Assembly: GCA_951406725.2 (NCBI GenBank)
Contig: OX597815.1
Coordinates: 210,180,001 to 210,244,000, forward strand
DNA from: Octopus vulgaris
Lineage: Eukaryota
Direction: 5' to 3'
DNA length: 64,000 nucleotides
The notes under the pieces were generated by a model. The model was not told the origin of the DNA. It ran no database searches and was given only the letters and a program-made list of their open reading frames with translations. The first letter of the stretch is position 1, and every line of letters starts with the position of its first letter. Shown here piece after piece: positions 54,467 through 64,000 of this stretch. The position numbers and the translations under genes were made by a program.

Positions 54467-55786
54467 ATATATATATATATATATATATACGTATACGTAT
54501 AAAGAGAGATAGAGAGAGAGCAAACTCCATCAGTTGGCTTATATTTTGAAACGTATTAACTGAGGCAAGTCTTGTGTAAGGGATATATTTCCTATTACAT
54601 AATATGTAATGATCTGAAACGTACGCTTTGAAAGTCTTCAAAATATTATTTGGTTATATATATATTTGTGCTTGTGTGTGTATGTGTGTGTCTGTGTGTG
54701 TTGTGAGTGTGCGTGTGGGAAAGTATGTGTGTTCGTGTATGTGTGTGCGTATGTGTGTATGTGTGTATGTGTGGTTTTATACATATTTATATAAAATGTA
54801 GCCTACTATTAACTGAACTGTACTTAGGTTCTTTTGAGTTAGATTTTCTGAAAACGTTGCACTGGCAGATTTTACACTCTCACTCAGAAGAATATATCTA
54901 AGTGATGTGTCAGCAAACAGAAATGATGGAGACCTTAAAGTGTTGTATAATAATAGTAGCGTTTTAACTAAAGTTTATAAGGTCAACCGCTTAAATTCCC
55001 AATTTGTTTCCAGGCTATTTACATTAAGTGCATCTGTGATAAAACACAGTATAATTTATTTTGCGGTCAATTTACTTGATACGACAATAATATAAACAAT
55101 TGTAGTTTATTTATCCGATAAAAAGTCCATAATTCATGGTACATGTTAAAAAAAATCATTTAATCAACTGATGATATTAATTAAACCTTTTTGTTGTTAC
55201 CACATATTATATTTAATGATATACAAATTTGTGTATAATTTCGAGTGTATAATTTAAAACTTGTATTTTATTTTGTAGTAATTAGTAATATTTAGCTGTT
55301 GAACGTCTTTCACTTTCTTCATATTGATCTATTGATAGTGGAAGTAGCTTGCTGGATTTGGATTCTTTATCTCTAGTGTGTTTGTGGCCACAGGTTTTGG
55401 GGCGGAAAGATGAAAGGTTATTATTTCTCTCTTTCTCTGTGTGTGTATCTCTCTGTCTTTATCACCTCTCTCTTTCTCTCTCTCTCAATATTTCATCTAT
55501 TCAATAAGACAATCAATACTTCATTTCATTATACTATATATTCATTTTATACTATATATTCTATATTCTACATTAATATTATAAAGAATATAAATAAAAC
55601 ATAAAAACAGAAAGAGTTGGAATTTTTTTGAATAATATATATCCCTCTATACACAATCATACAAACCCCTTTTATATATATATATATATACACACGCTTA
55701 CATATCTATACTGTCCAACGAACGGGAGCGTGAAACTCTGGGTAGCAGTTTTTGGCGACATTTGTATGATGATTTGTAGCTTAAGC

Positions 55787-55838
<52 letters not shown>

Positions 55839-55880
55839 GTAATAATAATAATGATAATAATAATAGTAATAATAATTATT

Positions 55881-55922
<42 letters not shown>
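55787..55922 (+). repeat. (AAT)n then (TA)n microsatellite
   Basis: Direct inspection. Confidence 0.95.
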
Positions 55923-55923
<1 letters not shown>

Positions 55924-55924
<1 letters not shown>

Positions 55925-56429
55925 TAGCAGTATCGCCCGGCGTTGCTCGGGTTTGTAAGGGAAATAACTATATAAGCATTTTTAGAGAGTTACTTCGCTT
56001 ATAAATTCGGGCTTTCTTAGCCATTTTTGTTTTGGTGTCTTCAAGCCATGAAGTCGTTGTTCTAAAAGAACGCTGGTTTCCTTCACAACGCATCACGACG
56101 TTGATTTCTTTACACTCCCTTCCCCACAGCTTCACGAGGGAGGGAAGGGGGAGAAGCAAACAGGTGCAGCTGTGAGCGTGGACGCCAACTCCGCCGCCAT
56201 CGACATACGATGCATTTTATGCATTAAAATGGAATAAAAAATGATGTTAAATTATTTTTTAAATCGTAGACTCATGGTTGACGCGCGCTAATAGTCAGAC
56301 GGGCTCGATATGAATCACGACTATAAGATACCCGAATTTGGTTAAACTGCACCGCAAAATGTGGGAGGAGATAGGAATCTAAATCGAAGGGGACAGACAC
56401 TCACACAACTAGAGTTTTATATATATAGA
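55924..56429 (-). mobile_element. Non-autonomous Helitron, copy 3 (variant with a different interior)
   Basis: Same 3' hairpin + CTAG and same 5' region as copies 1 and 2, on the minus strand, with a different ~200-bp interior. Confidence 0.85.
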
Positions 56430-56460
56430 TGATATATCTCGCTCAGAGATTTCTTATTGT

Positions 56461-56493
<33 letters not shown>

Positions 56494-57413
56494 GTATGTG
56501 TGTGTGTGTGTGTGTATCTACTTGCTCTACACTGACGATTCATTATATTTCCTGACAGCATTTCTTGTGGCTTATCTTTCATCTCACTAAAACAGCCTAA
56601 TGAAAAATGTCATTTTTTCACTACTTCCTGACTTTGCGATGTATACCATTCGTGTATGGCTGGCATTTCTAGCAGTGTTCCGATGTTGGTTAATTATAAT
56701 CATGTCTACGGTAACTGTTTGTTATTACTACTTTTTTGAATATTTTGTTCGTATTTTTTGGCTTTGATTTTATACATATTTACATCGTTGTTAGTTCTAG
56801 CTGTTCCACGTTGTATTTTCTAAACTTCTTTACTAGTATTTAGTCTTCCATTCCTTTGCCCAGTCAGTATTTGGCATGCCTTTATTTGGCGTGGGAAGTG
56901 ATTGGGCCACTCATAACCTCTTTTCATAAAATACCTATTCTGCTTAATTCATAACATATTTTAGATGTCAAGCAGCTAAATAGGATTTACTTATGACTTC
57001 GGTATGGTTTGTAATTAATTTTTCATAATCATTGATAGGATGTCCATGGGATTTTATTGAAATATTATAACAAATGGAATTTTAACTTGCAAAATTTCTA
57101 GACATTGGCGCATTCTCTCCCTAAGCGTTGTAAAATCATGCCTCGTAAAACAAATTAACCTCATATATTCCAGAATATAAATTTCGTTGGAGTTGTGTTT
57201 ACATACAGTATTCGAATACCAAGCACTACTTTCATTACGTGACATGCTTCCAAGAAGAACTGATCCGAATAATGATAAACTGAATTGCCGATGTTCCTGC
57301 CTTTACGAGAAAATTCTGAAATATTGCTGAGGTAATTTACGAGTTCGTAAAATTCTGAGCAATGAACGGAAGAATTACTAGCGACTCTGAGTATCGTTAC
57401 TCTTTTTGCATCA

Positions 57414-57484
<71 letters not shown>

Positions 57485-58062
57485 GTTATGTGTGTATGTG
57501 GTTATACCAACTACATCACTGAATCTTTTTTGAAGGGCATGGAAATATAAGAACACATGAAAGTCTTTTATCTTTGCAGTTATAAAAATATTCGTAAAGA
57601 CATTTCTGGAACACTCGAATACCACTAGCATGAACCACATTTGATCCTCTAAAATTTATCGTCATACACAAATTGTTCTGTGCTCTGTATTTTGTAACTA
57701 CGTTCCCAACACTCAGATATACTTGTGGGTACATAGGACATACATCTAACGTCATGTTTTGCCTTATTCTGTCACAAGAAATGTAAAGAATGATAATCAC
57801 AGTTCTAGATTGAAGTATATCCCTGGCTTCTCTAATATTTTGTATGAGAGCTGGTCTACGTAAACACAGTTAAGATAAATGTTATTGTGGCAATGCTACA
57901 CCTTTTATTACAGCTGTCATTATTACTGTACATCTACCTGCATTACTACTGTCACTGTTCTTGTTGTTATCATTATGCTACGCGTCTATTATTAACATAT
58001 ATATATATATATATCTGTGCATGCATAGAAATATGCCTCTTTACATATACACAAATATCTAA

Positions 58063-58126
<64 letters not shown>

Positions 58127-61100
58127 GTATGTATTATATGTACATACAAACGTGGATATATAAACACATGCTTCTACGCGGGTACATTTAAGCTGCCATA
58201 CTTCATCCATCAACTGATGCGCTATCTTCATCGATTTTAGGAGCTACTGAAATGAAAGTTATGATGTTTGCGCTCTTCAACGATGCATTAGTAACGGAAA
58301 GTATGCGAAGCCCTACAAGGAAAGTCTGTTTTAAAACCGATTCCGACTTAGCAAGAATCGTCTCCTGCTTTCTTTTAATGCTTTTTATTATTTTTTTTTT
58401 TTTGCTTTGTTTGCGATTTCTGTTTACTGCATTTTTCTCCTTTCAGACATACATTCTTGGATTGTAGCTGTACACAGTCTTACGAATACAACAATAAACA
58501 GTCCTTTATACACACATACACACACACATACGCACACACACTATATATATATATATAAATATATATATATATACATGTGTGTATGTGTATGTTCGTGTGT
58601 GTACATGTATGTGTGATGGTCTTTGTGTGAGTGTAGCGGGAGATTGATAATTGGATAGATTTGTTCAGCATGTAACGATATATTATTAGAAAATACTTAA
58701 GAAATGTATTGAAAATTTCATTTCGTCATAGATAATTGAAATATTGTCTCATGAACCAAGGTTTATTTGCGAAGGAAGTATCTAATTAAATAATTGCGTA
58801 ATTATTCTGAAGCGCCTTGTTTCTTTTTCTTTCATTCTTGCTACTTGTATCTTGTCGCCTGTCAAATTATGTTTCTTTTTGTGCCATGCATATAGTTCTA
58901 GGCACGACATTATGTTTTTGACAATAAAATATGCTAACACTTCCTACAAAACTTTCAACACACTCTTTTATCTACTGCTTTGGCAAACGAAATATAAATA
59001 ATAATTGAATTGAAATACCTGAATATTTTTTTTTATATATTTAGAAAGGAGCAAATGAATGACTAAAACAAAATTGTTGATTGGAAGCTGCTTTTCGTTT
59101 TGTTTTTATTCTCTTACACTTCATACTTTCAATGAATTACTGATTTCAGATATTCCGCATTTAAGACCCTATGATGCAGTATCCGGCAAATCACAAGTGA
59201 AACGGAAAGATTTTGTATAAGCGTCGGTGAGACTGATACATTGCTTCAGCGTCGAATTCTGTCATTAATTGTATTTTGTTATGGATAAGCCGATTTCCCT
59301 TTTAGTTACTTGTCAAAATGATTCTCAAAAAGTGTAATTTTATTCAACCTGTTCTTTCTTACTTTCTCTTTTAATATGCAGATACATTACTTGATAGCCA
59401 GAAATGTTAAGAGGAATACAAAGCCAAAATATAGCAAAATAATTTTAAAAGAACAACTTTGATTTTTAGTTGCCACATATGCGCTAGAAAATTATTTATT
59501 ACTTTCTTGTTATTTAGAGACCGAAGCACGTACGCACGCATGAATAGATCTTTATAAATCTGCCCATTCTACTTGCATTCCTTTATCATTTAAATCAGTT
59601 TTCCAGGAGTGTATTGATTTGAAAATATCTGCATAGTCCCAACAGTGGCTAAAAGCTCACTAAACCTTTTATTCATATTAGCATATGCGTTTTTAATGCA
59701 CATATCCAACCTATACATTTGGACTTAACATTGCAACATATTTCAACATCAAATCGTTTTATTTTTCTGTTTTGACATCTCTTGGTATGACCTAAAACAG
59801 GAAAGTATGTGTATTTCTAGATACTACATCCTCCTGTTTATGAGACCAGATATTTTTAAATACTTTTAAATGCTTTCGTCAAAACTGCTATTTATATGAT
59901 CATGAAACAAGCAGTATCTACCATAAATTCAAACCGTTTTAATCTATCCATACTCATCCCTCTAAGAAGCACTCTATGTATTAGCTTCCTCAATTAGTGT
60001 CTTACATAATCAGCCCGTTTCTCAGCACAATGATACTCCAATTTCCATAAATATAAACATGTTGCAACAAACAATACCTGTCTTTCACTTTAACAGTATC
60101 TTCAGATTTCCTGCCCTCATAACGTTTGCCTCACTACTCATCTTCTTACACATGTTTCGTATTCCCTTTATTGGCACAATGAGAGATGTTCCATGTGTAA
60201 CAGTTCCATGACATTCTTTCACTGCATTCAAACCATTTTCTAAACATTCCCTGCTTTTTAGTACAACGGTTTGTGCACGCGGTGTTCTCTGGTTCGTTCT
60301 AACTGTTATTGTAATGTGCTCTTTAAAAAGATGTAGTCAACACTTCGCTAAACACTTCTTGAAAACAAAAGAAAGAAAGGTAATATGACCTGCAGTTGGA
60401 TTTGAACACAGAATCAAAGAGCGTAGCAATTAGTACAACTCGTTTTTCTGATGCCCTGACGAATTTGTCAAAAGAAAAACGAATTCTTACTGAAGCTATT
60501 CGAATTTCAATAGAATCTCATCTAGATTTCATATGTCTTCTAAGAGACAGAATTTATCAACAGCTTCAGGTCAGTTATCTAAGCAATTCATACCTCTATT
60601 GCAAACTATTTCTAGGCTTTCTCAGGTTCGGTTGTTATACAAAACATTTTCCAAGAAGAGTGAGATCATTGACGTATACATGTTCCCAGGAGATAGATTC
60701 TTTCTATTCCATTCATACTCAATGCTTACCAATATCAAATGGTAATATTACCAAGCTACTTTCTCTTTTTTTATTGTCTCGTACATCAATACTTCACGTG
60801 TATTTCTTTCCATTGCAGGGAGATACAAGTTTGCAATTTGAAGTAGTTTATGCTTCTTAAAAAATATAAACAATTTCAGACATTCCAGAAAAAAGAAAGA
60901 CACATAAGGAAATAAGATATATGAACAAAAATACCAATAGTATTTAGAATTTCATAGCCAGAAGCATTACTGGAGTTACTAAAAGAATGCTTTAAGCAAA
61001 CATTTGATGTGAATTGAGTGCGATTTGACTGCTATTTCTAAAACTTAAACTGCTATCAAATAACACTTCCCTCTTAAGATAAATACACTTTGAATAATGT

Positions 61101-61247
61101 GGTTCTAAAATTAAAAAGAATAAATTACACATGTAAAAATAGCGGTAACACCAATAATCTCATTAGCCCAAGCCACATCAAGATAGCACGTACGCCTGTC
61201 CTACAAGACAGAAGAGCAAACAGAAAAGACCGCCATCTTATTACGCA

Positions 61248-61336
<89 letters not shown>

Positions 61337-61340
<4 letters not shown>

Positions 61341-61565
61341 TAATCCAAACAAGAAAACACAGAAAAAAAGAGAAAAAACACAGCAACGCAGAGCGTGGAA
61401 CAATTAAAGTATTATTGACGCTCAGGAAAGAAGGGAAGGAGGGTTTAACGTTTCGAGCGGAGCCCTTCGTCGGAAACAAGGAGAAGGAAAGATCCCAAGA
61501 AGGGAAGACAGAGGAAAAAATATTTGAGCTGGTGGTGCTCAAGTGATCACATGTTGAAAGAACAG

Positions 61566-61570
<5 letters not shown>
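61337..61570 (-). mobile_element. PLE-like terminal fragment in (TA)n with a minimal hammerhead motif (61443-61477)
   Basis: Second copy of the 17501 element. Confidence 0.65.
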
Positions 61571-61605
<35 letters not shown>

Positions 61606-63259
61606 CCGCATCTAGTCATCCCAAATTTTAAGCCACTACAACCGTCTCTAAAAACAACGAAAGAAGCTCATTCAAATGAAAAATTCGATTGACTTGAGAG
61701 GTGCACACTTACTTGGAGCAAACAGAAGACACCGCTATCATATTTATTACATCTTCAATGATCTCCCAAAGTAAAATCTACGGAAGTAAGTATTTTATTA
61801 CAGCTACATTTTCAGAGCTATCCACTTTACAGTATTTCAGGCGGGGGAAATTGCACAAACAGAAATAGCTATACCATTACTATGCGAAAAAGGTTTTCTG
61901 AACTATACACAAGAAGTGCCATGGTGAGACATGAGTACTGTTTGCGAAAGATTTTCAGATGCTGGTGTGCAAGTGAAATAGGGTACACTTAGGTGTTAAT
62001 TAACAACGAAATCACGCACAGAGGAATATCAAACTGTTATACGCGAATCGTATCATGCTCACCTAATACTGTTGTGGGTAGGTTGTCATGTATACCGACT
62101 TACAAGCCTCATGCATTCACAATTGGCATTGAATTTATGTGATTTTATTGTGTTAGCAGCCCAGACCATCCTTATATAAAATACGTCCAATATCATTCAA
62201 AGGAACACGTCGGGTAGTCCGCGGCCAATATACGCATAGAGAAATTGATCATTGATCAATTGTCTTTTATGAGAAGATATTTTTCGACCAACAAACAGCT
62301 GGCGACTGGCATACAATAAAAGACTGTGTGCAAGAGGAAAAGCGACTCAGGCAGACATTCACATGCATTTCTTAAAAACTATGATACGACGTTCCATGTA
62401 AAACTTATGATTTACATATTTACATAAGACTCTTAAAGACAGATGTCTTTAAATGCTGAATATTAGTTCTCTTATGATATGTAATTTGCTATCAAATTAT
62501 CTAGTCTCCATAGGTGTACTCAGCCACACAAATTGGTACGAAATAAAATCATGTTTCCAGTCTTCTCCGTACAGCATGTCAACAAATTCTTCTAGGCCTC
62601 CGAATTATTGCTTATTAAATAACCTTCAAGTTTGCACTGTGCACCGTATTAACTTTTCACTTGGACTGGTTTTTGATATTGTGCATCATCATCTTTTAAA
62701 ATCTTTCATGGCCTACCAGCAGGCTGAGACACTAATGTCTCCATGTATTTGCCGGTGATCTCATAAAATTGCTTCTTAAACATTTACATGTATCTTACAT
62801 TTCAAACATGCAAATCTGACCCTTGTTTCTCAACATGCACTTCACAACTTACACATTCATACCTTATTGGTTGACGTGTGCGTACTTATAATAAAGCTTG
62901 TGCTTCAGTTCATAAACATAGTGTGTACGATGGCTGTCCGCGCAATATCTATCAAGCCAATTCTTCGCAGATATTCTGTGGCCGAAGGAATTTCGTATAA
63001 TACACATTCCTATAGAAGTGAAGAATTGTATCCAATGGCTAAATTTGTCATGTATATGCATCCATGTATGTATGTTTATACTTATTTGTGTATGTCTGTG
63101 TGTGTGTGTATGTATATAAATCTATGAATATGTGTATGTGTAAATGAATTTGCATGTGAAATCATATATATGGACATATATATAGATGTACTCATATACG
63201 GGTATACACTAAACCCCTACATATATATATATATGCACACATACACACACATACTCACG

Positions 63260-63363
<104 letters not shown>

Positions 63364-64000
63364 CATATATATAAAAGAAATAGCAGTCCTTGCAAAATGG
63401 AAACATGAAAACATTTATCTTTTTGTAATTATGGAGAAAAAAGATCGTATGAATTCTTTACATTGAATAACTGAAACTTTAGAAAAGCACTGAAGGCAAT
63501 AATTCGAACAAATCAAGATTTCATTCAATGCACATAATTGGAAGATGCTTATTGATTCCACAAAGACAAGTATGAACTCACCTTTGTTACTTAACAAACT
63601 ATATGTATCTTGCAGAACCAAACAACGTCTAGCATATATATATATATATATATATCTATATATACACATATATATATTTATATGTGTGTGTGTGTGTGTA
63701 TGCAATACGAAGCCTTGAGTCTCCAGATAAAATGTTAAGATACCATCGGCAATATTATTTTGTTATGCCTTAACATAATACATGAAATTCAATGCGATTC
63801 TGCTAGATGTTATATTTATGTTTATGGAAAAGCAGCCTTCTCTGGCATTTGCTAAATCCATAGAGAACACCCAGTCGCTTTTGCATTACATTTGACGAAA
63901 ATTTAAAGCTTGCTTTTGAAACTTATTTTCTACATCTAAGAAATATACATGTTTGTGAAATGCACATAAACTTTCGATTAATTTTGTAAATATTGTAAAA

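Noticed and set aside
59500-63000. Possible decayed coding or TE sequence in complex non-repetitive DNA
   Set aside because: No recognisable motifs, termini or sustained ORFs.

Overview
AT-rich eukaryotic DNA that is dense in microsatellites and apparently intronic or intergenic. The repeat content (tRNA-derived SINEs, long (TA)n/(TTA)n tracts) looks like an octopus (coleoid cephalopod) genome; this is an inference from remembered repeat families. No host gene can be confidently called, and most short ORFs in the track are translated microsatellites. The window is a catalogue of transposable elements. (1) A full-length but inactivated Tx1-clade (L1 group) LINE at 36469-41908 (-) with a 16-bp TSD, inserted into a SINE head. 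(2) Three SINE families. (3) A decayed mariner and a decayed hAT (Buster-like) element. (4) A Tc1/mariner-type MITE. (5) Four Helitron-type elements. (6) R4/Dong-like and RTE-like 3' fragments. (7) Penelope-like (PLE) remnants in (TA)n tracts: an RT fragment, long foldback hairpins and several minimal hammerhead-ribozyme motifs. Best candidates for something undescribed: a Tx1-LINE/SINE partnership visible inside the window (shared 3' tail, same TSD length), PLE-associated hammerhead variants including a U3-A8 covariant core, and a high-identity ~0.5-kb inverted duplication. All alignments were done by eye.
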